From contig NZ_DAOOUM010000001.1 in assembly GCF_035369645.1 (NCBI RefSeq), forward strand, positions 21,491 to 85,490: a stretch of 64,000 nt of DNA. The letters run 5' to 3'. Shown piece after piece: positions 1 to 9,283 of the stretch (position 1 is its first letter; each line of letters begins with the position of its first letter). Source of the DNA: Thermomonas sp. GTDB taxonomy: Bacteria > Pseudomonadota > Gammaproteobacteria > Xanthomonadales > Xanthomonadaceae. Both the position numbers and the translations under genes were made by a program. A model generated the notes under the pieces. That model ran no database searches, was not told the origin of the DNA, and was given only the letters and a program-made list of their open reading frames with translations.

Positions 1-2604
1 CGCAGTACTGATGGCCTTGACGATATCGGCGGCGGGGAACTGCATGTCCGGGCGGGTGGTGAAGGTGCCGGGCATCGCTTCGTAGGTGTTCATCACCACG
101 GTGCTGCGCTCGGGACGGATTTTGGAGAGCACCCAATAATCGTTCACCACCACCATGTCGCAACCCAGCACCAGGTCGGCTTCACCGGCGGCAATCCGCA
201 CAGCATGGATGTCGGAAGGTGTTTTGGCGATGCGGATATGGGTGGTGACGGCGCCGCCCTTTTGCGCCAGACCGGTTTGGTCAAGCACGCTGGCGCCCTT
301 GCCTTCCAAGTGCCCGGCCATCCCCAGCAACGCACCAATCGTGACCACGCCGGTGCCGCCGACGCCGGTGATCAAAATATTCCACGGTTGCGACAAATCA
401 CTGCGCATCTGCGGTGCGGGCAAATTGGCCAGCAACGAGGCAGTGTCCACTTTTTTGCCCTTGCGCAGCTTGCCGCCATGCACGGTGACGAAGCTGGGGC
501 AGAAGCCTTCCACGCAAGAAAAATCTTTATTGCAATCGCTCTGGTTGATACTGCGCTTGCGGCCGTATTCGGTTTCTTTGGGCAACACCGACACGCAGAA
601 ACTTTTCACCCCGCAATCGCCGCAGCCTTCGCAGACCAGCGAATTCACCAGCACGCGCTTTTGCGGATCCACCAACTTGCCGCGCTTGCGGCGGCGGCGT
701 TTTTCGGTGGCGCAGGTCTGGTCGTAAATCAGGATGCTAGTGCCTTGCACTTCACGCAGCATTTTCTGCACGGCATCGAGGTCACGACGGTCGTGGAAGG
801 TGGTGCCCTGCGGGAAGAGCGCAGGATCCGTCCACTTGTCGATGTCATCACTGACCAACGCAATGGTCTGCACGCCTTCGGCACGCATTTGTGCGGCGAT
901 TTGTGGCACGGTCAAGGTGCCATCGACAGGCTGGCCGCCGGTCATCGCGACCGCGTCGTTGTAGAGGATTTTGTAGGTGATGTTGACGCCAGCGGCAATC
1001 GACTGACGAATGGCCAGCGAGCCACTGTGGAAGTAGGTGCCATCGCCCAAGTTCTGGAAGATATGCGGGGTGTCGGTGAATGGTGCTTGCCCGGCCCATG
1101 TCACGCCTTCACCGCCCATATGGGTAAAGGTGTCGGTGTCGCGGTTCATCCACGTCACCATGTAGTGACAGCCAATGCCGCCCTGCGCGCGGCTGCCTTC
1201 CGGCACCTTGGTGCTGGTGTTGTGCGGGCAGCCGGAGCAGTAATGCGGCACCCGTGGGAAGTTGGCGCGCGGCAGTGCCAGCTCGCCTTCCTTGCGTTCG
1301 ATCCAGCCCAATACGGCGTCGATTTGTTCGCTGCGATGAAAGCGTTGCAAGCGACGGCCAATCACATTGGCGATGGTGGCTGGGGTCAGCTCGCCAGTGG
1401 ACGGCAAAATCCATTCGCCTTGCTCATCGTATTTGCCGACGATGGACGGGCGTGGGCCCCAGCTGTCTGGCCAGTTGTAGAACTGTTCTTTGATCTGGCG
1501 CTCGATGAAGGCTTTCTTTTCCTCCACCACCAAAATGTCTTCCAGCCCACGCGCAAACGCTTCAATGCCGCGCGGCTCCAGCGGCCAGGTCATGCCCACT
1601 TTATAGACGCGAATGCCGATATCGGCGCAGGCGGCTGCATCCAAACCCAAGTATTCCAGCGCCTGCAGTACGTCCAGATAGCTCTTGCCGGTGGTGACGA
1701 TGCCCAGCCGCGCCGTGGGTGAGTCTTGCACCACGCGGTCGATACGGTTGGCCCGCGCGAAGGCTTGCGCGGCTTTCACCGCGTAGCGATGCAGGCGCAT
1801 TTCCTGCTCCATCGGCGGATCGGGCCAGCGGATATTCAGACCGCCCACGGGCATTTCGAAGGCATCATCGCCGGGCAACACAATTTGCAGCGCGTGTGGA
1901 TCGACCTGTACCGAAGCCGAGGATTCCACCGTTTCGGCAATCGTTTTGAAGCCCACCCAGCGGCCGGTGTAGCGGCTCATCGCCCAACCCAGCACGCCCA
2001 TATCAAGGATGTCTTGCACGCCGGCGGGGTTCAAGATCGGCATCATCGCGCTGACAAATTCGTCCTCGCTGCCGTGCGGCAAGGTGGAGCTGCGGCAAGC
2101 ATGATCGTCAGCGGCCAGTGCCAGCACGCCGCCCAGCTTGGAGGTGCCCGCCGCGTTGGCATGTTTGAACACATCGCCACAGCGGTCCACACCGGGGCCT
2201 TTGCCGTACCACATGCCAAACACGCCATCGTGCTTCGCGCCCGGGAACAAGCCCGGCTGCTGCGTGCCCCACACCATCGTCGCACCGAGGTCTTCATTCA
2301 AGCCGGGGGTGAACTTCACCTTGGCCGCTTCCAGATGTTTCTTGGCGCGCCACAATTCCAGATCGAAACCGCCCAAGGGGCTACCGCGATAGCCACTGAT
2401 AAACCCCGCCGTGTTCAGCCCCGCGCGTTCATCGCGCAATTTTTGCACCAAAGGCAGACGCACCAAGGCTTGCACACCGGAGAGATAAATCCGGCCTTGG
2501 ATGCGGCGGTATTTATCGTCCAAGGTGTAATCGGCATCCAGCACGTCGGCGGTGAGCAACGACTTGGCGGATTCGGGCGAGGACAGTTCGGCGGTGCTGG
2601 TCAT
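1..2604 (-). CDS. Indolepyruvate ferredoxin oxidoreductase family protein (single-chain fused type), truncated at the left edge
   Basis: Hand translation of the minus strand from ATG 2604 (GGAG upstream): MTSTAELS...YTLDDKY...RIYLSGVQALVRLP...GFISGYRGSPLGGFD...GLNEDLGATMVWGTQQ...FGMWYGKGPGVDRCGDVFKHAN...DDHACRSSTLPH. These are characteristic IOR/2-oxoacid:ferredoxin oxidoreductase motifs. It is missing from the ORF track because it runs off the edge. Confidence 0.9.
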   Translation of the reverse strand, partial: MTSTAELSSPESAKSLLTADVLDADYTLDDKYRRIQGRIYLSGVQALVRLPLVQKLRDERAGLNTAGFISGYRGSPLGGFDLELWRAKKHLEAAKVKFTPGLNEDLGATMVWGTQQPGLFPGAKHDGVFGMWYGKGPGVDRCGDVFKHANAAGTSKLGGVLALAADDHACRSSTLPHGSEDEFVSAMMPILNPAGVQDILDMGVLGWAMSRYTGRWVGFKTIAETVESSASVQVDPHALQIVLPGDDAFEMPVGGLNIRWPDPPMEQEMRLHRYAVKAAQAFARANRIDRVVQDSPTARLGIVTTGKSYLDVLQALEYLGLDAAACADIGIRVYKVGMTWPLEPRGIEAFARGLEDILVVEEKKAFIERQIKEQFYNWPDSWGPRPSIVGKYDEQGEWILPSTGELTPATIANVIGRRLQRFHRSEQIDAVLGWIERKEGELALPRANFPRVPHYCSGCPHNTSTKVPEGSRAQGGIGCHYMVTWMNRDTDTFTHMGGEGVTWAGQAPFTDTPHIFQNLGDGTYFHSGSLAIRQSIAAGVNITYKILYNDAVAMTGGQPVDGTLTVPQIAAQMRAEGVQTIALVSDDIDKWTDPALFPQGTTFHDRRDLDAVQKMLREVQGTSILIYDQTCATEKRRRRKRGKLVDPQKRVLVNSLVCEGCGDCGVKSFCVSVLPKETEYGRKRSINQSDCNKDFSCVEGFCPSFVTVHGGKLRKGKKVDTASLLANLPAPQMRSDLSQPWNILITGVGGTGVVTIGALLGMAGHLEGKGASVLDQTGLAQKGGAVTTHIRIAKTPSDIHAVRIAAGEADLVLGCDMVVVNDYWVLSKIRPERSTVVMNTYEAMPGTFTTRPDMQFPAADIVKAISTA

Positions 2605-2755
2605 AACGGACTCCAGAAAACGACAGAACGCCGCAGCGAAGGCGGCGTTCGAGCAAAGACTCGGTATTTTAGCAGGGAGTGCCGGCCCTGACTTTCAGGT
2701 GATGCCGTTGCCGTATGCCAGAATCGCCACCTCGTATTTCGCTGGGGAAGAGGGG

Positions 2756-3622
2756 ATGTCGCCACAAATCAAGGGGCTGGTGTTTGCGCTACTGCTTGTG
2801 GGTGTCAGCGCGGGCGCAGTTGCTGGCAGCAGCAAAGAAAACCGCAAATTGGTGGAGTCCAGTTTGTTGGTGAAAGGCGACATCGTGATTGCACCGGATG
2901 GCTCGGTGCAGGCGTACACGCTGGAGAGCAAGGAAGGCTTGGGTGAGGGTCTGGAAAATTTCCTGGACAACAAAATCACCCATTGGCGCTTCAAGCCGGT
3001 GGAGGTGGATGGCAAGGTGGTGACTGCCAAAGCGCCGATGAGCCTGCGTTTGATTGCCACGCCGGAGATTAGTGGCAATAACATGAGTGTGCGCATTGCA
3101 AGCACATGGTTTGGGGGGCAGTCCGATGAGCCAGCAACGGATCGTTTGAGTATCAAAAAAATAATGCCGCCGAAATACCCAAAGGAAGCAATTCTTTTGG
3201 GGGGGCAAGGAACTGTTTATCTCGTGCTGCTGGTTGGGCGCGATGGGCGCGTGCTTGCGGCAGACGTAGAAAAGGTCAATCTGCTCATGATGCGTAAAGA
3301 TGATTCCATGCGCGTGTTGCGTAAACTATTTGCAAAGGCGGCCACAAGCTTTGCCAGACAATGGGAATTTACACCACCGACAACCGGCACCCAAAGGAAT
3401 GATGCCAACTGGAAAAGCAGGTTTCAGGTTGACTTCAAAATACCCGCCCCCTATCACTCAGTGGAGAATGGATGGGAAACCTATGTGGTTGATCCGGAGG
3501 TTCACGATATTCCGTGGGCGCGCGAAGAATTGCAAGCGGCTGGCAGCCCCGATGCATTGCCTGGGGTCGGCCTGTACTCACTGCGGCAGGACATTCAATT
3601 GCTGACAGCGCCTAATCCTTGA
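2756..3622 (+). CDS. Exported TonB C-terminal-domain protein (energy transducer TonB-like family)
   Basis: Start MSPQIKGLVFALLLVGVSAGAVA (signal-peptide-like, GAGGGG RBS). PPKYPKEAILLGGQGTVYLVLLVGRDGRV...ARQWEFTP is a TonB_C-like motif. Confidence 0.7.
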   Translation: MSPQIKGLVFALLLVGVSAGAVAGSSKENRKLVESSLLVKGDIVIAPDGSVQAYTLESKEGLGEGLENFLDNKITHWRFKPVEVDGKVVTAKAPMSLRLIATPEISGNNMSVRIASTWFGGQSDEPATDRLSIKKIMPPKYPKEAILLGGQGTVYLVLLVGRDGRVLAADVEKVNLLMMRKDDSMRVLRKLFAKAATSFARQWEFTPPTTGTQRNDANWKSRFQVDFKIPAPYHSVENGWETYVVDPEVHDIPWAREELQAAGSPDALPGVGLYSLRQDIQLLTAPNP

Positions 3623-3853
3623 TGCGCGACTAAATAAATCGCTGGAAATATAGAATTTAGGTAATAATGAATACATCAACTGCAGGGCACCTGTAAAAAA
3701 CCCCCGGCGCGCTTTTTTGGCATTCCAAATGAAGAGCGTGCCGTTGAGCTCAAAACACGTGTCCATGTGGTCACACTACGCGCTTACAATTTGCATTGTA
3801 AATACATTAATCGTTCAAGAAACGCGCGCTGTGCATGCCCGAGAGCGCACAAC

Positions 3854-3885
3854 AAAACAGCCCGGATCGCTCCGGGCTGTTGGGT
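3854..3885 (-). terminator. Intrinsic terminator of the lipoprotein gene; copy 1 of a 32-bp direct repeat
   Basis: AAAACAGCCCGGA-TCGC-TCCGGGCTGTTGGGT: perfect 11-bp stem with a T-run on the minus strand, just after the stop at 3903. Confidence 0.8.
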
Positions 3886-3902
3886 TGCTTGAGGGTACTG
3901 AA

Positions 3903-4817
3903 TCAATACATGGCGCGTCTGAATTCCTCGATGCGTGCCTTGGTTGCTGTGGTGTCACAGTTCAGGCGGTAGATTTCAATCTCGGTCGGATCCGTGCTGC
4001 GCCCCGCGGCTTCCACCTTGCAGTCCACGTCCTTTTTCTTGATCCAAGCACGCTGCGCCCCCTGTAGGCGATCGCGATCTTCTTCTGAAAGGCCTTTCCA
4101 GAGTTCATTGATCGCTTGATTGGCGAGGGTATTTTGCTCTTGGGCTACGCTCAGGTTTGCAGCGCCTTGTTCGGCTTTTAGTTGTGCTTGTTGCTGCTCG
4201 TTTTGTAGACGCTGTGCTTCGGCTGCTTGGCTGGCTGCCTCGGCGGCTTTGGCTTCCTGGACTTTCTTCGCTTCGATCATGGGTTTCAGTAGCGAAGAGC
4301 CCACCATTTCGCTGATGAAATCAGCGATCGATTTGGCGTCGGTCAGTTCGGCGTAGACCTTCTTGCCGTCGTCGGTGGGTTGTGCGCTGTATTCGATGGA
4401 CTTGGTGAATGCGTTCGCGGCTTGCTCCATCGAGCTGGTGCTGGCCAGTGCGGATACCGTTCCGAAACCAGCCAATTTGCGACCTTCTTCGGCAGATTGC
4501 AGCAAATCTGGCGGGACAACCAGTTTGATCGTGCCCTCACAAAATACTTTGGTGCTGTTGGGGTCTTCTTTTGCGGTGCGGACGTTTTCGAATGCAACGG
4601 TGAGCTTGCTGAGCGTGGCACGTGCTGAGGCGGCATTGAATACGGCACTGCCGTCATCATGCTTTTCTTTGGTGATGGCTTTTTCAGCTTCGCCCATGAC
4701 GATGCTCTTGACCACATCGAGTTCGTCTGTTCCCGAGCAAACCGCTTTCTGTTTTCCGCAGCCGGCCATGGCCAGCATGGCGATGGCGATAGCCACCGAA
4801 CGTGTAGTGCTATGCAT
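3903..4817 (-). CDS. Lipoprotein with a C-terminal LprI/DUF1311-like (lysozyme inhibitor family) domain
   Basis: Lipobox AMLAMAG-C. C-terminus ANQAINELWKGL...LQGAQRAWIKKKDVDC...RLNCDTTATKARIEEF matches the DUF1311 pattern (AQRAW..RD..C ... C....T..R). Confidence 0.7.
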   Translation of the reverse strand: MHSTTRSVAIAIAMLAMAGCGKQKAVCSGTDELDVVKSIVMGEAEKAITKEKHDDGSAVFNAASARATLSKLTVAFENVRTAKEDPNSTKVFCEGTIKLVVPPDLLQSAEEGRKLAGFGTVSALASTSSMEQAANAFTKSIEYSAQPTDDGKKVYAELTDAKSIADFISEMVGSSLLKPMIEAKKVQEAKAAEAASQAAEAQRLQNEQQQAQLKAEQGAANLSVAQEQNTLANQAINELWKGLSEEDRDRLQGAQRAWIKKKDVDCKVEAAGRSTDPTEIEIYRLNCDTTATKARIEEFRRAMY

Positions 4818-4869
4818 CCTGTCCCCCTGTTGTCGATTCCATGAACGAAAAATCCAGTTTCGTTCAGGA

Positions 4870-4899
4870 ATATTGGCGGGAGGGCGCGCCAAGTGTCAA
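4870..4899 (-). promoter_or_regulatory. Sigma70-like promoter of the lipoprotein gene
   Basis: Minus strand TTGACA-N18-CAATAT, between the rpoH terminator and the ATG at 4817. Confidence 0.5.
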
Positions 4900-4903
4900 T
4901 ACA

Positions 4904-4935
4904 AAAACAGCCCGGATCGCTCCGGGCTGTTGGGT
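4904..4935 (-). terminator. Intrinsic terminator of rpoH; copy 2 of the 32-bp direct repeat
   Basis: Identical 32-mer to 3854-3885, located just downstream of the rpoH stop (4957). Confidence 0.85.
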
Positions 4936-4956
4936 GTTGCGGGATGTTGTGCGGGC

Positions 4957-5823
<867 letters not shown>

Positions 5824-5863
5824 GGTGGTGTCCCTCATACCTTGAATTCTAGCAGTCGCCATC

Positions 5864-5890
5864 TATGACTGTTAACCCTGTCAAAAGTTC
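5864..5890 (-). promoter_or_regulatory. Sigma-E (RpoE)-type promoter upstream of rpoH
   Basis: Minus strand GAACTT-N16-TCATA, about 40 bp upstream of the rpoH ATG. Matches the sigmaE consensus GAACTT-N16-TCAAA; rpoH is a classic sigmaE target. Confidence 0.7.
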
Positions 5891-5893
5891 ACA

Positions 5894-5915
5894 AGCGTTC
5901 TATTCATAGAACGCT
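5894..5915 (-). terminator. Inverted repeat after ung (probable terminator)
   Basis: AGCGTTCTA-TTCA-TAGAACGCT, perfect 9-bp stem about 40 bp after the ung stop. Confidence 0.5.
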
Positions 5916-5953
5916 GTTCGGGTTTGGTACACATTCTTTCGATATGGGGCCGA

Positions 5954-6670
5954 TCAGGCGCGGGGCAAGCCCGCCAGCAGTGCCGAAGCCGGCGGCAGCG
6001 ACCACCCGATAGGGCTTTGGCCGGTATTGGCAAGGTATTGATTGGTCGAAGAAAAATGCCCACAGCCCAGAAACCCGCGATGTGCCGAGAGTGGCGAGGG
6101 GTGCGGGGCCTTCAATACGCGATGGCGGCGGCTGTCGATCACCGCGCCTTTTTTCTGCGCATAGCTGCCCCACAGCAAAAACACCAAGCCTTCGCGTTCG
6201 CGGTTCAACACCTCCACCACATGATCGGTAAAGCCTTCCCAGCCACGGCCTTGGTGGCTGCCGGGTTTGCCATCTTCCACCGTCAGCACCGCATTGAGCA
6301 GCAATACGCCTTGCGCCGCCCACGGTAGCAGGCAGCCGTGATCGGGGCGCACAAAGCCGGTGCTGGCTTGCAGTTCTTTGTAGATGTTCAAAAGCGACGG
6401 CGGTACCGCCACGCCGGGCAACACGGAGAAACACAGCCCATGTGCTTGGCCCGGGCCGTGGTACGGGTCTTGGCCCAGAATGACCACCTTCACCGCATCG
6501 AACGGGGTGGCATCAAAGGCCGCAAAGATATCCTTTCCCGGCGGATACACGGTGGCACCGGCGGCTTTGCGCTGGCGCAAAAATGCCGACAACTGCTGCA
6601 TGTCCTCGCGTGCAAACCAGTTACCGATGCGGGCTTTCCAGCTCGGCTCTAGATGCAACGCGGTCATCAA
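5954..6670 (-). CDS. ung: Uracil-DNA glycosylase (family 1)
   Basis: [46 protein letters not shown] motifs. Confidence 0.97.
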   Translation of the reverse strand: MMTALHLEPSWKARIGNWFAREDMQQLSAFLRQRKAAGATVYPPGKDIFAAFDATPFDAVKVVILGQDPYHGPGQAHGLCFSVLPGVAVPPSLLNIYKELQASTGFVRPDHGCLLPWAAQGVLLLNAVLTVEDGKPGSHQGRGWEGFTDHVVEVLNREREGLVFLLWGSYAQKKGAVIDSRRHRVLKAPHPSPLSAHRGFLGCGHFSSTNQYLANTGQSPIGWSLPPASALLAGLPRA

Positions 6671-6849
6671 ATCACGCCGCGCTTTTTCTCAAACAAAAAA
6701 TACGCCGCGCCCAGCGCCGCGCCGATGCCCAGTGCCGGCAGCCAACCCAACGGGCTCACGCCCTTTACCACGCCGGCGCAAAGCAAACCCAAGATGACAA
6801 ATTGCGAATAGCGCCATTTGCTTTCGCGAAAACTTTTCATCTCGGTCAT
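6667..6849 (-). CDS. Small (60 aa) membrane protein, hypothetical
   Basis: Two hydrophobic segments with a basic C-terminus. Its stop overlaps the ung start by 4 bp and it begins 5 bp after the ubiE stop. Confidence 0.6.
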   Translation of the reverse strand: MTEMKSFRESKWRYSQFVILGLLCAGVVKGVSPLGWLPALGIGAALGAAYFLFEKKRGVI

Positions 6850-6853
6850 TAGC

Positions 6854-7615
6854 TTACACCTTATAGCCGGTATGGATGGCCACGATGCCCGCGCTCATGT
6901 TGCGATAGCTGCAACGCGCTAAGCCTGCGGTTTCCATCATGGTTTTGAGGGTGTCTTGCGGCGGGTGTTTGCGGATGGATTCAGCCAGATATTGGTAGCT
7001 GTCGGCATCGCCGGCAAATAGCTTGCCAAGGCGCGGCAACACCTTGAACGAATGGAAGTCGTAGATCGGCTTGAACCACTCGGCTTTGACTTCCGAAAAC
7101 TCCAACACCCGCGCCTGCCCACCCACTTTCAGCACACGCTGAATCTCGCGCAGTGCGGCGTCCTTGTCGGTGACATTGCGCAGGCCAAACGCCATCGTCA
7201 CCAAATCGAAACTGGCATCGGGAAACGGCAGGCTTTGCGCGTTGCACTGCACATAGTCAAACCCGCGCACATTGCCACGGTTGGTCATGCGGTCGCGGCC
7301 CACGCGCAGCATGTCGCCGTTGATATCGCCCAACACCAGCGCGCCGGTATCGCCCACACGGTCTTTCAGCAGCGCGGCGATATCGCCGGTGCCACCGGCC
7401 AGATCCAGCACCCGCGCGCCTTTACGCACTTGGCAGGTGGCCACAAAAAAGCGTTTCCACAAGCGATGGATGCCCAAGCTCATGGCATCGTTCATCAGGT
7501 CGTAGTTACCGGCCACCGAGGAAAACACCTCGGCCACCAATTTTTGTTTGTCGGCCACCGGCACGTCGCGAAAACCGAAGTGGGTGGTCTCTGGCGGGGT
7601 CTGCTGCGTGTTCAT
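6854..7615 (-). CDS. ubiE: Ubiquinone/menaquinone biosynthesis C-methyltransferase
   Basis: THFGFRDV, VFSSVAGNYDLMNDAMSLGIHRLWK, VLDLAGGTGD, FGLRNVTD, YQYLAESIRKHP. Confidence 0.96.
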   Translation of the reverse strand: MNTQQTPPETTHFGFRDVPVADKQKLVAEVFSSVAGNYDLMNDAMSLGIHRLWKRFFVATCQVRKGARVLDLAGGTGDIAALLKDRVGDTGALVLGDINGDMLRVGRDRMTNRGNVRGFDYVQCNAQSLPFPDASFDLVTMAFGLRNVTDKDAALREIQRVLKVGGQARVLEFSEVKAEWFKPIYDFHSFKVLPRLGKLFAGDADSYQYLAESIRKHPPQDTLKTMMETAGLARCSYRNMSAGIVAIHTGYKV

Positions 7616-7652
7616 GGCGGGATTATCGCACCGGCATGGCACACTTGCCCGC

Positions 7653-8465
7653 ATGCACGCACAGCCCGAACACGCCCACGGTCTTCCTTGTTTCCGCCTG
7701 CACCACGCCGGTGCCAACGCCTTGGTTGCGCTACATGGCGCACAGGTGCTGTCGTGGCAGCCAGCCGATGGTCGGCAGCGCTTGTTCTTGAGCGCGCGCA
7801 GCCAGTTTGATGGCAAGGCGGCCATCCGGGGCGGCATTCCGGTGATTTTTCCGCAATTTTCCGAACGCGGCACATTGCAGCGGCATGGGTTTGCCCGGCT
7901 GCGGGCGTGGCAGTTTGCAGGCATCGAACAAGATGCCGCCGTATTTTTATTGGTCTGTCATGCCGGCGACTGGCCGCACCCGTGCACGCTGCGCTTGCGC
8001 GTGGGGCTGACTGCCACGCAATTGGTGGTGAGCTTGACGGTCGAAAACACCGGCTCGGCACCCATGCTGTTCACGGCCGCACTGCACACCTATCTGCGTG
8101 TTGATGATGCCGCGCAGGCGTGTGTGGAAGGCCTGCAAGGCTGTGATTTTGAAGACAGCACCAGCGGCGGCACCTTGCATCGGCAAAGTGATTACGCGGT
8201 GGCTTTTACTGGCGAAACCGATCGCATCTACAACGACGTGGTGGCACCGCTCACCTTGGTCGATGGCGCGCAGCAGCTGGGCATCGAACAACAAGGCTTT
8301 GCCGATGTGGTGGTATGGAACCCGGGCGCGCGTTTGGCCGCCGGGATTGCGGATTTGCAGGCCGGCGACTGGCAGCACTTTGTCTGCGTCGAGGCCGCGC
8401 AAGTAGTGCAACCGGTGCTGTTGCAGGCAGGCGAGCAGTGGCAGGGCAACCAGCAACTGGGTTGA
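7653..8465 (+). CDS. D-hexose-6-phosphate mutarotase / aldose 1-epimerase family
   Basis: GAQVLSW, AIRGGIPVIFPQF, HGFAR, ALHTYLRV, VVWNPG, FVCVEAA (YeaD-like). Confidence 0.9.
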   Translation: MHAQPEHAHGLPCFRLHHAGANALVALHGAQVLSWQPADGRQRLFLSARSQFDGKAAIRGGIPVIFPQFSERGTLQRHGFARLRAWQFAGIEQDAAVFLLVCHAGDWPHPCTLRLRVGLTATQLVVSLTVENTGSAPMLFTAALHTYLRVDDAAQACVEGLQGCDFEDSTSGGTLHRQSDYAVAFTGETDRIYNDVVAPLTLVDGAQQLGIEQQGFADVVVWNPGARLAAGIADLQAGDWQHFVCVEAAQVVQPVLLQAGEQWQGNQQLG

Positions 8466-8543
8466 TAATTTGATGGCGGGGTGCGCCTGCCGCGCAGGCG
8501 TGTTGAAATGCCGGCTCGCCGTTGCCGTTGCATAGGATTTTCG

Positions 8544-9272
8544 ATGAAACCGATTTCGATTTCGATTGCCATTGCGTTGTGTCTGGTCCTGAGTGCATGC
8601 AAAGGCGAAGACCCGGAAGCCGCTGCCAAGGCCGCCGCCGCGCAGAAAGCCGCGCAAGAGCAGGCCGCAGGGGTGATGGAAAAACAGTTTGAAGATGCGG
8701 TGGCCGCACACAACTGGCGCTTGGCCAAGGGCTATGGCGAAGTCCTGCAAGTCGATCACCCCACCACCGATGCGGCGGCGCGGGTCAAAGACAAATTGGA
8801 TGCAGTGCGTGCGCAGGCTGAAACCGAGGCCCAGCAGCAACGTTTGTCGGCGTTATGGGACTACGGTGATGAGCCAGTAAAGACCGGCGGGCGGCAAATT
8901 TCGGCAGCGATTTATTCACAAGAGCCGGTGGACACCGATGGTGGCGGCACCCACCCGATACGCTTGATTTTCCGAGATCATCCGGACTGGGGGCGCAGTG
9001 CTTACTTGGTGCTACAAGCTGGCGATTTTGATTGTTACAAGGGCTGCAAATTGAAGGTGACCTTGGATGGCAAGGTGCAGACCTTGCCCGGGTCACGGCC
9101 CAAGACCGATGAGGCCATCGCAATGTTTATCGACGACTACAAAACTTTGTGGAAGCTGGCCAAAACCGGCAAGCATTTGTCCATCGAGTTTCCCACCAAG
9201 GCGGTGGGCAAGCGTAGCGTGCAGTTTGAGGTGGGTGGCTTGAACGCGACCAAGTTGCCGAAGTGGAATTGA
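8544..9272 (+). CDS. Hypothetical lipoprotein
   Basis: Lipobox CLVLSA-C after a hydrophobic signal; helical N-terminal half and beta-rich C-terminal half. No family recognised. Confidence 0.7.
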   Translation: MKPISISIAIALCLVLSACKGEDPEAAAKAAAAQKAAQEQAAGVMEKQFEDAVAAHNWRLAKGYGEVLQVDHPTTDAAARVKDKLDAVRAQAETEAQQQRLSALWDYGDEPVKTGGRQISAAIYSQEPVDTDGGGTHPIRLIFRDHPDWGRSAYLVLQAGDFDCYKGCKLKVTLDGKVQTLPGSRPKTDEAIAMFIDDYKTLWKLAKTGKHLSIEFPTKAVGKRSVQFEVGGLNATKLPKWN

Positions 9273-9283
9273 GTCGTGCTGCC

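Noticed and set aside
205-2691. Long plus-strand ORFs 205-1722 and 1726-2691
   Set aside because: Antisense shadows of the minus-strand IOR gene; no motifs, typical of GC3-biased DNA.
3578-4067. ORFs 3578-3766 (-) and 3717-4067 (+)
   Set aside because: No RBS or recognisable domain; they overlap real genes and a terminator.
3854-4935. The 32-bp repeat as an integron attC site (it contains GTTGGGT = GTTRRRY, and ACCCAAC = RYYYAAC on the other strand)
   Set aside because: These are the same 7 bp read on two strands, with no complementary core at the other end. It is much shorter than attC sites, there is no integrase, and it reads as an ordinary terminator.
3854-4935. The repeat pair as a CRISPR array
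   Set aside because: Only two copies, separated by a 1-kb gene; no cas genes.
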